Part shown: positions 7,526-16,204 of the stretch, piece by piece
How positions within the stretch are numbered: position 1 is the first letter of the stretch
Layout: each line of letters opens with the position of its first letter
Assembly: GCA_021775595.1 (NCBI GenBank)
Contig: JAJFHN010000072.1
Location: forward strand, 81,728 to 105,727
Reading direction: 5' to 3'
Length of the DNA: 24,000 nucleotides
From: Hyphomicrobiales bacterium
Lineage (GTDB): Bacteria > Pseudomonadota > Alphaproteobacteria > Rhizobiales > Methyloligellaceae
Made by a program: the position numbers and the translations under genes
The notes under the pieces: generated by a model
Told to the model about the DNA's origin: nothing
Database searches by the model: none
The model's input: only the letters and a program-made list of their open reading frames with translations

Positions 7526-8311
7526 CTAATTTTTCAGGATTTTCGTCAATTCGCGGCTGACGACCTCATTTCCGGCAATTATATCGCCTGTTGCCAGCCA
7601 CTTCTGTCTGCCATCCGTGTCGGAGACAAAACCGCCAGCTTCGCGCACCATAATTGCACCGGCGGCGATGTCCCACGGGTTCAAGTTGCGCTCCCAAAAA
7701 CCGTCGAATCGACCGGCGGCGACCCACGCCAAGTCGAGCGCGGCGGCGCCACAGCGCCTGATACCTGCGACTTGCGGCATGACATCAGCGCACTCTTTCA
7801 AAAACAGCTCGTGATCCGGCCGGCCCCGATGTGGGATGCCCGTCGCAATCACGCAGTCGCCCATTTCTTGGCGTGCCGCTACGCGGATCCTGCGGTCGTT
7901 GAGAAACGCGCCACCTCCTCGTTCGGCCGTGAACAGCTCGCCCGATGCGGGATTGTAAATCAGGCCAGCGACAATCTCGCCATCGCGCTCAAGGGCCATC
8001 GAGATGGCAAAAAGCGGGATCCCATGCAAAAAATTTGTGGTGCCGTCGAGCGGATCGATGATCCAGCGATGCGATTTATCGGCACCTTCAACCACGCCGC
8101 GCTCTTCAAACAAAAAACAATAGCCCGGACGCGTTCGGGCCAGCTCTTGATGAAGAATTTCTTCCGAGCGCTGATCCGCGGCCGTGACGAAATTGGCTGG
8201 TCCTTTTTGCGATACCTGAAGCTGCTCAACCTCGCCAAAATCACGCGCCAGCGCGCGACCGGCCTTTCGGGCGGCTGCAGTCATCACATTCATTAGAGCA
8301 GATGCGGGCAC
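7526..8311 (-). CDS. suhB: Inositol monophosphatase family protein (SuhB-like)
   Basis: The 261-aa product has LMNVMTAAARKAGRALARDFGEVEQLQVSQKGPANFVTAADQ, the IMPase motifs WIIDPLDGTTNF and WDIAAG. Confidence 0.92.
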   Translation of the reverse strand: MPASALMNVMTAAARKAGRALARDFGEVEQLQVSQKGPANFVTAADQRSEEILHQELARTRPGYCFLFEERGVVEGADKSHRWIIDPLDGTTNFLHGIPLFAISMALERDGEIVAGLIYNPASGELFTAERGGGAFLNDRRIRVAARQEMGDCVIATGIPHRGRPDHELFLKECADVMPQVAGIRRCGAAALDLAWVAAGRFDGFWERNLNPWDIAAGAIMVREAGGFVSDTDGRQKWLATGDIIAGNEVVSRELTKILKN

Positions 8312-8350
8312 TGTTGTTTCGTTCTAAGCGTCTAGGGCTCCGAGCGCCGG

Positions 8351-8914
8351 TTAATCCGCGCGGCGCACGTAAGTGAGCTCGTTGGTGTCGACCACGATGT
8401 TTTCACCGGTTCCGACAAATGGTGGAACCATGACACGGACGCCATTTTCGAGCACAGCCGGTTTATACGACGAGGCCGCAGTCTGGCCCTTAACGACAGG
8501 CTCCGACTCGACAACTTTAAGCGTTACCTGATCTGGCAGTGACACGCCAATTGGCGTCGACTCGTGGCTCTCCACCATCACCTGCATTCCGTCCTGCAGG
8601 AACGTCGCGCGCTCGCCCAAAAGGTCTTTGGCAATTTGAATTTGCTCGTACGTATCCAGATCCATGAAAACCAGATTGTCGCCTTCGGCGAACAGGAATT
8701 GATGTTCCTTTTGTTCGAGACGAACACGCTCGACTGTTTCCGATGATCTGAATCGCTCGTTGAGCTTCGTGCCATCCAAGGCATTCTTGAGTTCAACCTG
8801 CGCATAGGCCGGGCCTTTGCCCGGCTTCACGTGCTGGGTTTTAACCGCGATCCATAGCGAGCCCTTGTGCTGCAACACGTTGCCCTGGCGAATTTCGTTG
8901 CCGTTTATTTTCAT
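8351..8914 (-). CDS. efp: Translation elongation factor P
   Basis: The 187-aa product has the beta3-beta4 loop [15 protein letters not shown] and the C-terminal [17 protein letters not shown] typical of EF-P. Confidence 0.95.
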   Translation of the reverse strand: MKINGNEIRQGNVLQHKGSLWIAVKTQHVKPGKGPAYAQVELKNALDGTKLNERFRSSETVERVRLEQKEHQFLFAEGDNLVFMDLDTYEQIQIAKDLLGERATFLQDGMQVMVESHESTPIGVSLPDQVTLKVVESEPVVKGQTAASSYKPAVLENGVRVMVPPFVGTGENIVVDTNELTYVRRAD

Positions 8915-9106
8915 GGGACTTGGACCCGTACCCTTTTCTCAAATCTCTGTGGAGACGAACGCGCGGTCACAAACCAGGCTGCCCGAATGCGCAGCCGATG
9001 TGGAGGAGGGCATAGATCATGACAGCGTGTCCCGCAAGCATCGCAGATAATGATGTGCGAGAACCGCTGATCTTTCGCGTGCAGCCCCGGTTGCGGCCGA
9101 CTTGCC

Positions 9107-10027
9107 CTACCGGCTGTTATTGCTGCGCCACTTGGCAGCAGCGGCGGTTGCCTCTTTGCGTTCGGCATCGGTCAAGCCGCCCATCAGCAGATCGAGGTTA
9201 AAGTCGCTGACGCCGGCCTCGCGCGCCAGCAGATGCCATTTGATCGCCTCGGTGGCATTAATTTTGACACCCAGGCCGCGGGCATAGAGCATTGCCAGTC
9301 TGTTTTGGGCGACCGGGTTGCCCTTATGGGCCGAGGATCGAAGATAGCCCGCCGCGCCAGACTCGTCTTTCGCCACGCCGCGCCCATTGAGCAGCATGAT
9401 CGCGTATTCGAGCTCGGCGTTCGGCAGTCCCGACTTGGCAGCACGGCCCGTCCAATGGGCCGCTTTGGCCTCGTCCTTCGCGACACCGCGCCCGAGTGCA
9501 TACAGGTTGCCGAGGTCATATTGAGCGTATGCGTGGCCGTCGTTTGCAGCCTTCTGCAGCAGTTCGGCCGCGCGTTTGAGATCTCGTTGACGGGCCTGAC
9601 CTTCAATATAGATCAGAGCCAAATTATAATGTGCATTGACGTGCCCCGCCTTAACCGCCTGATCAAATAGATCAGCAGCACGTTTCTTGTCCTTTTCGAC
9701 CCCACGGCCTTCGGCATAGAGAATCGCCAACGCAAATTGCGCCTCCATGTCACCGAGGCGAGCGCCGTTTTCGTAGGCCGCCACAGCCTTGGTGAAGTCC
9801 TGGGCGACGCCCAATCCTTCCGCGTGAATGCGTCCCATTAATGTGTGGGCGCTGGCCTCGCCGCGTGCAGCTGCCTTCTCGGCTTCGCTCAGAGCGGTGA
9901 GAAACTCGCCGCGCTGAAATGCGTCGAAGGCTGGATCCTTGCTGGTTGCAGACATAGACGTGATGGGCGCGCTCAAGAGAATAACGCCCGCCACGGTTGC
10001 AGCAGATTTTGCAAGAAACGAAGTCAT
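9107..10027 (-). CDS. Secreted Sel1-repeat (TPR-like) protein
   Basis: The 306-aa product has an N-terminal signal peptide (AATVAGVILLSAPITSMSA). It carries multiple Sel1 units of the form A.....G.GV..D...A..W..KAA..G. Its ATG overlaps the stop of the upstream gene (ATGA at 10024-10027). Confidence 0.85.
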   Translation of the reverse strand: MTSFLAKSAATVAGVILLSAPITSMSATSKDPAFDAFQRGEFLTALSEAEKAAARGEASAHTLMGRIHAEGLGVAQDFTKAVAAYENGARLGDMEAQFALAILYAEGRGVEKDKKRAADLFDQAVKAGHVNAHYNLALIYIEGQARQRDLKRAAELLQKAANDGHAYAQYDLGNLYALGRGVAKDEAKAAHWTGRAAKSGLPNAELEYAIMLLNGRGVAKDESGAAGYLRSSAHKGNPVAQNRLAMLYARGLGVKINATEAIKWHLLAREAGVSDFNLDLLMGGLTDAERKEATAAAAKWRSNNSR

Positions 10028-10674
10028 TGCGCGCGACTCTCGCCGTTGTCAGTCGAAGGCCCCAACAGGCAGTCTAAGCCATCGGCCATTGCATCTGCAT
10101 CAGACCAATACGCGACATCCAACGCCACGAAGTCAGCGCCGCTCTCGCGATATTGGCGGATGGCGTCGAGATTGCTTGGCTGCCATGCAACGCAAGGGAT
10201 CTCGAACAAGTCGCTCCACCAAGCGATCATGTCTTTCGTTTCCTGATCATGCGGTTGATCGCGCCGCTGTGATTGAGAATCAACGAATGCAACGTAATCG
10301 GCGCCCCGTTCGGCCATTTGCATCGCTTGATGACGCGACAATCCGCATGCAGCGCCAATTTGGATTTCCGATCCAAGCTTGGCGCGCGCGATATCGTAGG
10401 TCGCAGCGTCTGCTGCGATATGAAGGCCATCGGTGCGCAGATCCGCCGCCGCCTTCAGGTCGCTCTCGATTAGGAACGCAGTCTCGTGGCGATGACAAAG
10501 CTCCATCAATTTGCCCGCAGCGAGCACATCGTAAGGCCCGATGTTGGGGGCAGTCAGCAACAGACAAGGGATATCGGCGCGCTCGAACACTGCATTTACG
10601 ACATTAAGGCCGTGATCCAGCCCGTCGGCGGACACGGTGAGATAGGGCTGGCAGCGCTGCTGGACGGTGGTCAT
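10024..10674 (-). CDS. Thiamine-phosphate synthase (ThiE)-like TIM-barrel protein
   Basis: The ThiE-family pattern is present: LLLTAPN...LCHRHETAFLIESDLKAAADLRTDGLHI...IGAACGLSRHQAMQMAERGADYVAF. I prefer ATG 10674 (MTTVQQRCQPYLTV, 216 aa) over the track start at 10731, which would overlap the aldolase gene by 47 nt. Enzymatic function is not established from sequence alone. Confidence 0.7.
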   Translation of the reverse strand: MTTVQQRCQPYLTVSADGLDHGLNVVNAVFERADIPCLLLTAPNIGPYDVLAAGKLMELCHRHETAFLIESDLKAAADLRTDGLHIAADAATYDIARAKLGSEIQIGAACGLSRHQAMQMAERGADYVAFVDSQSQRRDQPHDQETKDMIAWWSDLFEIPCVAWQPSNLDAIRQYRESGADFVALDVAYWSDADAMADGLDCLLGPSTDNGESRAQ

Positions 10675-10684
10675 GCTGGGGTTG

Positions 10685-11704
10685 TCAGGCGGCCTTCTCG
10701 ACGTCCACCGTCCATCGACCCAGCGCTGCAAGACCGTTCATTCTGGCCCGATGGGAAAATGCTGCTTGCGCGGCTGCTTCGTTTTCAGGGCTGCCGCCCC
10801 AGGCGTGCAGAGCCGCGGCTTGCAATGCGCGTCCATACGAGAAGGAGAGTTTCCAAGGACAGTCGAACATCGCATTCATGGCTGACAAATGCGCAGTGGC
10901 GTCCTCGTCTGATTGTCCGCCCGACAGGAAACAGATACCCGGCACCGCGGAGGGCACGGTGCGCTTCAGGCAGGCGACTGTTTTTTCCGCAACCTCCTCG
11001 ACGCCTGCCTGGGTTTTACATTCAGTGCCAGACAGAACCATATTTGGTTTCAAGATCGTGCCTTCCAACTTAACGCGCTGCTCATGCAGCTCCCCATAGA
11101 CGGCATTGAGTGTTGCTTCGCTCACTTCCAAGCATCGATCGATGTCGTGGGGACCGACCATCAGCACTTCGGGCTCGACGATCGGAACGATGCCGGCCTC
11201 CTGAGCCAACGCTGCGTAGCGTGCCAACGCGTGGGCATTTGCCGAAATGCAGTATCGCGATGGGATATCCTCACCGATTGAAATGACTGCGCGCCATTTG
11301 GCGAAACGTGCGCCAAGCTCATGATACTCCGCGAGACGCTCGCGCAGTCCATCAAGGCCTTCGGTCACGGTTTCGCCTGGTGCGCCCGCTAAAGGTTTGG
11401 CGCCCATATCGACCTTGATGCCGGGCACAGCGCCGGCATCGCCTATGATCTGCGCCAACGGTGTGCCATCCTTGGCATTCTGGCGCAGCGTTTCGTCGTA
11501 CAAAATGACACCCGAAATACAGTCGCGCATGGCATCGGTAGCGCGGAAAAGCATTTCGCGATAATCGCGCCTGTTGTCTTCAGTCGATGTGGCGCCGATG
11601 GAATCGAAGCGCTTCTTGATTGTTCCGGTGCTTTCGTCAGCCGCCAAAATGCCTTTGCCATCGGCAACCATCGCCTGAGCCGTGCGATCGAGTTGCTCGC
11701 TCAT
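10685..11704 (-). CDS. fba: Fructose-bisphosphate aldolase, class I
   Basis: The class I aldolase signature is GILAADESTGTIKKRF...LFRA...GVILYDETL...PGIKVD...FLSGGQS. ATG 11704 (MSEQLDR) is preceded by GGAGAA at a 7-nt spacing. The track start at 11737 is 11 codons upstream. Confidence 0.92.
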   Translation of the reverse strand: MSEQLDRTAQAMVADGKGILAADESTGTIKKRFDSIGATSTEDNRRDYREMLFRATDAMRDCISGVILYDETLRQNAKDGTPLAQIIGDAGAVPGIKVDMGAKPLAGAPGETVTEGLDGLRERLAEYHELGARFAKWRAVISIGEDIPSRYCISANAHALARYAALAQEAGIVPIVEPEVLMVGPHDIDRCLEVSEATLNAVYGELHEQRVKLEGTILKPNMVLSGTECKTQAGVEEVAEKTVACLKRTVPSAVPGICFLSGGQSDEDATAHLSAMNAMFDCPWKLSFSYGRALQAAALHAWGGSPENEAAAQAAFSHRARMNGLAALGRWTVDVEKAA

Positions 11705-11844
11705 TGCCAGTTCTCCAAATCGGTTTTCAAATGCCAAAACTTCGACCCGAGTCCAACGCGACCGCGACCGAAGGTCAAGGGTGATCTGCCCCTATGGATA
11801 AATCTCTCGTCTCCAGTCGTCACCGGACTTGGGCCGCGCGATGA

Positions 11845-12852
11845 TCAGCCCAATTTGCCCATTGCCGATGCGGTGTCGCACATCCTGTTCGAGAAGCCCC
11901 ATTCATTGTCGTACCATGACAACACCCGCACGAGCTTGCCATCGACGATCTGGGTTTGCGTCAGATCGAATGTGGACGAGTTGGGATTGTGATTGAAGTC
12001 GATCGAAACGAGCGCTTCGTCAGTGACGCCGAGAACACCCTTGAGCTCTTGCTTGGCAGCGCTTTTCATAGCGTCGTTGATCTCTCCAACCGACGTGGCG
12101 TTCTGCGGTGAAAATGTCAGATCGATCAGCGAAACATTTGGAGTCGGCACGCGCACCGCTGTACCGTCGAGTTTGCCGTTTAGCTCGGGCAACACCAGCC
12201 CAACCGCCTTCGCTGCGCCGGTGGATGTCGGTATCATCGACGTGGCGGCAGCGCGGGCGCGCCGCAGATCCGAGTGCGGCGCATCAAGCAGTCGCTGATC
12301 ACCCGTATAGGCGTGGATCGTGGTCATGTAGCCCCGTTCGATACCGCACAAATCGTGAAGCACCTTGGCCACCGGCGCTAGGCAATTGGTGGTGCAGGAC
12401 GCGTTTGAGACAACCTCGTGAGAGGTTTCTAGCTTATCGTGATTGACGCCATAGACGACCGTCAGATCAGCGCCCTTGGCGGGGGCTGAAATGAGCACCC
12501 GCTTGGCGCCAGCTGCGATATGGCCGGCAGCCTTATCGCGATCGGTAAAGAACCCGGTGCATTCCAGCGCAATATCGACCTCCAGGTCTTTCCAGGGCAG
12601 TTTCGCGGGGTCGCGTTCGGCAAATATTTTGATGGGACCGGTACCGATATCCATCGAGTTGTCGCTGACTGAAATTTCACCATTGAAGGGTCCGTGTACG
12701 GAATCGTATCTGAACAAGTGGGCGCTTACATCCGGCGAAGTGAGATCGTTGACGGCAACCACCTCGATGTCATCTCGTTTGGTCTCGGCAATTGCCCGCA
12801 AGATGTTGCGGCCGATGCGGCCAAATCCGTTGATTGCCACTCGTGTCCCCAT
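11845..12852 (-). CDS. gap: Glyceraldehyde-3-phosphate dehydrogenase (type I)
   Basis: The 335-aa product has [14 protein letters not shown], the catalytic [12 protein letters not shown] motif and [12 protein letters not shown]. Confidence 0.96.
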   Translation of the reverse strand: MGTRVAINGFGRIGRNILRAIAETKRDDIEVVAVNDLTSPDVSAHLFRYDSVHGPFNGEISVSDNSMDIGTGPIKIFAERDPAKLPWKDLEVDIALECTGFFTDRDKAAGHIAAGAKRVLISAPAKGADLTVVYGVNHDKLETSHEVVSNASCTTNCLAPVAKVLHDLCGIERGYMTTIHAYTGDQRLLDAPHSDLRRARAAATSMIPTSTGAAKAVGLVLPELNGKLDGTAVRVPTPNVSLIDLTFSPQNATSVGEINDAMKSAAKQELKGVLGVTDEALVSIDFNHNPNSSTFDLTQTQIVDGKLVRVLSWYDNEWGFSNRMCDTASAMGKLG

Positions 12853-13203
12853 GACATTCCTCCCAATATGGCCCTATCGAATACAATTCGGTCACTGCCC
12901 GCGCATGACTTGGCAAGCGCAGCTGCCCAGATCAACGATTTGGAAGATTGTTGTCTGTTTGGCAGGACGACAACCACATCGGTCAAACGGCAGCAATTAT
13001 GTCCAATTTGCCGCGTAACCTGCACAATGTGCCGTCATTTCGCGGCTCAAAATGATCGCATGCCATCAGAGAGTCAACATTGCGACGATAAGTTGTGGCT
13101 TGAACTTTCGGCAAACAGTTGACGCTCCATTTGGTGGCCGCCTAATGTTTGGGCGGCGGACATAGAGCCGATTGTGTGTTGCGTAATAATACGGCCATGG
13201 GAG

Positions 13204-13497
13204 ATGGAGTTGAGTAGTAAAGGTAGTAAACCGAAAATTATTGACGAAGCCACGACGCGACTGACTGAGGCCCTTCGAACTTTCGAAGCTGCGGTTGCGC
13301 AAAATCTCGATAAGGAAAAACAGGTCGAAGGTCTCGAAGAACACATACGCGCGCTAGGTGCTGAACAGGAGCGGCTGGCGGCGAGCTTGAACGTGGCGCG
13401 GCAACGCGCCGAGCGTTTGGAGACTACGAACGATGAAGTTTCGCATCGGCTTGATAACGTTATCGACTCAATTAAGACGATCGTGAAGGCCGGCTAG
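13204..13497 (+). CDS. DUF4164 coiled-coil protein (ZauP-like ZapA partner)
   Basis: This is a small all-helical protein (LTEALRTFEAAVAQNLDKEKQVEGLEEHIRALGAEQERLAASLNVARQRAERLE...) encoded immediately upstream of zapA, the usual alphaproteobacterial arrangement. The start is ambiguous among ATG 13204, TTG 13210 and the track start 13174. Confidence 0.7.
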   Translation: MELSSKGSKPKIIDEATTRLTEALRTFEAAVAQNLDKEKQVEGLEEHIRALGAEQERLAASLNVARQRAERLETTNDEVSHRLDNVIDSIKTIVKAG

Positions 13498-13530
13498 GAG
13501 CAGCTGCGACAAAGCGGGAGACGGGGAGCC

Positions 13531-13896
13531 ATGGGGCAAGTAACGATTACCCTGAACGGCAGAACCTACAAATTGGAATGCGATGATGGCGAAGAAAGCC
13601 ATCTGCAAATGTTGTCAGGTCAAATGGTCAAGCATGTTGAAAGCCTGACCGGCAAATTTGGCCAGGCGGGAGATGATCGCTTGCTTTTGATGGCGGGATT
13701 GCTTGTGGCCGACGAACTGTGGGAAACGCGCAAGCAGATTGACGAGCTCAATGCCAAATTGGCTCAAATTCACAATGATCACGCGACGGCGGATGAGCTG
13801 GTTGAATCGGCGCAGGAGGAGCTCGCGGGCATGATCGACGCTGCCGCAGAGCGGATTCAAGCCTTGAGCGCCCGCCTCGTGCAGTCGGGTTCTTGA
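13531..13896 (+). CDS. zapA: Cell division protein ZapA
   Basis: The 121-aa product has MGQVTITLNGRTYKLECDDGEESHLQMLSGQMVKHVESL...DDRLLLMAGLLVADEL, the ZapA N-terminal domain, followed by a coiled coil. Confidence 0.9.
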   Translation: MGQVTITLNGRTYKLECDDGEESHLQMLSGQMVKHVESLTGKFGQAGDDRLLLMAGLLVADELWETRKQIDELNAKLAQIHNDHATADELVESAQEELAGMIDAAAERIQALSARLVQSGS

Positions 13897-13924
13897 GGCT
13901 GGACTCTTAATGTTTGTGATCTAG

Positions 13925-14105
13925 AGTGCCGACGACAGAGCTGCAAGGTTCGTTAGAAACAAATTATCCCCAGGGCCTATTCGATTCTCTAGGGAGCTGA
14001 CCCTGGCTGGGACCGTGGTCCCAATCACTCGGCGCCCACCTACACTAGTAGGGACCCGGAGGGATCGACCGTTTCGACGGCCAAGCGGCTCTGTTATTGT
14101 CTTCA
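13925..14105 (+). ncRNA. ssrS: 6S RNA (candidate)
   Basis: This non-coding gap lies between zapA and the 5-formyl-THF cyclo-ligase gene, the classic conserved ssrS locus. The ends can pair into an interrupted closing helix: ACAGAGC at 13935-13941 with GCTCTGT at 14089-14095, CTGC with GCGG, and GAAAC with GTTTC. Internally, CCCCAGGG can pair with CCCTGG(c)TGGG, and GGGACC-gt-GGTCCC is a short palindrome. Boundaries are approximate (about +/-10 nt). Confidence 0.65.
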
Positions 14106-14173
14106 AGCTGCGCAAAACATCCGTGGAGCTGCGCTGGACGATGACATTGCTCCGCTCTCCGGCTTGACGCTCA

Positions 14174-14764
14174 ATGTCAGGTCCATCCGATTCCTCAATT
14201 GGCAAACCGGCGCTTCGGCAGGAGATGACCGAGCGGCGCGATCGGCTGGCAGGTGAGAGGCGCGTGAGCGCGGCTCGTTCGGTTGCAGAGGCCGGCTTAG
14301 AAATGATCGGACAGCTTGGCGCGCGCACCGTAGCGGGGTACTACCCGATTGCAAGTGAGTTAGACGTGCTGCCTCTGTTGGGCCTTTTGCACGGGGTGGG
14401 AACTGACCTGGCGCTGCCCGTGACTCCGACCGTGAGGGGGCCGCTTAAATTTCGCCAATGGAGTCCCTCCGATCAATTGATGCAGGGACGCTTTGGCATT
14501 ATGGAGCCGCTTGAAGAGCGCTTGGAAGTAGCGCCCGATGCGATACTGGTGCCTATGCTCGCTTTCAACCGGGCAGGCCATCGACTGGGCTATGGCGGAG
14601 GATACTATGACATGACGCTGCGATCACTTCGCGCGCGCGCAAAGGTCACAGCCATTGGCGTGGCGTTCGACGAGCAGGAAACCGATGCCCTCAACGATGA
14701 AGCCCATGACGAGGCTCTCGATTGGCTGCTGACACCCTCCAAGGCGCAACGGGTCGGGGAATAG
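14174..14764 (+). CDS. ygfA: 5-formyltetrahydrofolate cyclo-ligase
   Basis: The 196-aa product has KPALRQEMTERRDRL at the N-terminus, then YYPIASELDVLPLL, and the family motif GHRLGYGGGYYD near the C-terminus. Confidence 0.9.
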   Translation: MSGPSDSSIGKPALRQEMTERRDRLAGERRVSAARSVAEAGLEMIGQLGARTVAGYYPIASELDVLPLLGLLHGVGTDLALPVTPTVRGPLKFRQWSPSDQLMQGRFGIMEPLEERLEVAPDAILVPMLAFNRAGHRLGYGGGYYDMTLRSLRARAKVTAIGVAFDEQETDALNDEAHDEALDWLLTPSKAQRVGE

Positions 14765-14767
14765 TTT

Positions 14768-15595
14768 ATGCGTCTATTGTTCATCGGCGATGTGGTTGGC
14801 CGCTCGGGGCGCGAGATCCTTCGGACGGAACTGCCAGCATTGCGTGAGCGCTATGACATCGATTTGGCGGTTGTGAACGGAGAAAACGCGGCTGGGGGAT
14901 TTGGAATTACCGAAGCCATTTGCCAGGAATTTCTAGATGCCGGGGCCGATGTCGTCACAACGGGCAATCATGTCTGGGATCAGCGCGAGGCGCTGGTGTT
15001 TATCGAACGGCAAAATCGTCTTTTGCGTCCACTCAATTTCCCTGGCAATGCGCCTGGACACGGAAGCGGACTGTTCAAAGCCCGCAACGGCGCTGAGATA
15101 TTGGTGGTCAATGCCATGGGGCGCGTGTTCATGGCCGATCTCGATTGCCCGTTTCAGGCAATCGATCGCGTTCTGGAGGACTGCGAGCTGAAGAGCGGCG
15201 CCGACGCGATTCTCATCGATTTCCACGCCGAGGCCACATCAGAAAAACAGGCTTTTGGCTATTTCGTCGATGGCCGGGCAAGTTGTGTGATTGGCACCCA
15301 CACACACGTACCTACCGCCGACGATAAGATCCTGCCAGGCGGCACGGCTTATATCAGCGATGCCGGTATGACCGGCGACTACGATTCGATTTTGGGGATG
15401 AAAAAAGAAGAGCCGCTGTCGCGGTTTTTGACCAAAATTCCCGGTGGTCGGTTTGAGACGACAAAGGGGGAGGCGACACTTTCGGGCGTTGCACTGGAGG
15501 TGGATGATGCGACGGGTCTTGCAACTGCCATTTCGCCATTGCGCCTCGGCGGCGTACTGCGCCCGATCGCGCCAGCGTTCTGGGAGTCGAGTTGA
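14768..15595 (+). CDS. YmdB-family metallophosphoesterase (TIGR00282-type)
   Basis: MRLLFIGDVVGRSGRE...VVNGENAAGGFGIT...TTGNHVWDQ...IDFHAEATSEK...GTHTHVPTAD is the canonical YmdB motif series. It starts 3 nt after the preceding stop. Confidence 0.92.
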   Translation: MRLLFIGDVVGRSGREILRTELPALRERYDIDLAVVNGENAAGGFGITEAICQEFLDAGADVVTTGNHVWDQREALVFIERQNRLLRPLNFPGNAPGHGSGLFKARNGAEILVVNAMGRVFMADLDCPFQAIDRVLEDCELKSGADAILIDFHAEATSEKQAFGYFVDGRASCVIGTHTHVPTADDKILPGGTAYISDAGMTGDYDSILGMKKEEPLSRFLTKIPGGRFETTKGEATLSGVALEVDDATGLATAISPLRLGGVLRPIAPAFWESS

Positions 15596-15628
15596 AACAG
15601 CGGCAGGGCGTTCAATCAGCTCGAGCGG

Positions 15629-15961
15629 CTAGGCGCTCTCGGCTTCTCCGCCAGCATGCGTAATCGCGCATTTTGCACTGGTTGCGGTTATTTTCTGCAG
15701 GCAATCCAGCGCGGCGTCGAGCTCGAAGATCGCGTTTTCCGCGTCACTCGAATGTGAGAACAGCAGCCTGTTAGCCTCCGACAAATGATCGGCGGCCATG
15801 CCGCAAAGATGCACGACATCGCTGATTTTGGCAGTCCGCTTCGCACCGTTGCTGTCGGCTGTGTCGACAGCCTTTAGTGCGTGGGCGGCAGCAATCGCCG
15901 TTGCGGTGGTCGCGTCGGTCGCGCGAGCTCGTATTGAATTGGATTTTGCATCGCGGGACAT
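15629..15961 (-). CDS. Hypothetical small Ala/Thr-rich helical protein (110 aa)
   Basis: ATG 15961 is preceded by AAGGAGAAAGCC, a good SD with good spacing. The product is MSRDAKSNSIRARATDATTATAIAAAHALKAVD...DCLQKITATSAKCAITHAGGEAESA. I recognise no family. The track ORF extends 26 codons upstream to 16039 without an SD. Confidence 0.5.
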   Translation of the reverse strand: MSRDAKSNSIRARATDATTATAIAAAHALKAVDTADSNGAKRTAKISDVVHLCGMAADHLSEANRLLFSHSSDAENAIFELDAALDCLQKITATSAKCAITHAGGEAESA

Positions 15962-16204
15962 GGCTTTCTCCTTGCGACTGACTACCAGGCGCCACTGGTT
16001 GGCGTTCACTAAATCCAGAGGGAAAACCCTAGTCGCCACGTGGTTAACGTCGAACTAAGACGATGGAGTTGTCGATCATGGCAGGCACATTTGCGCCAGT
16101 TGGGGGATGGATTTTGCGGATCTAGCTGCCTATAAACCGGGGCAGCGAATCATCAATCGCGCTCTCCTTTAGGCGGGCGCAAAAGCAACGCGATCCGGTC
16201 CCGT

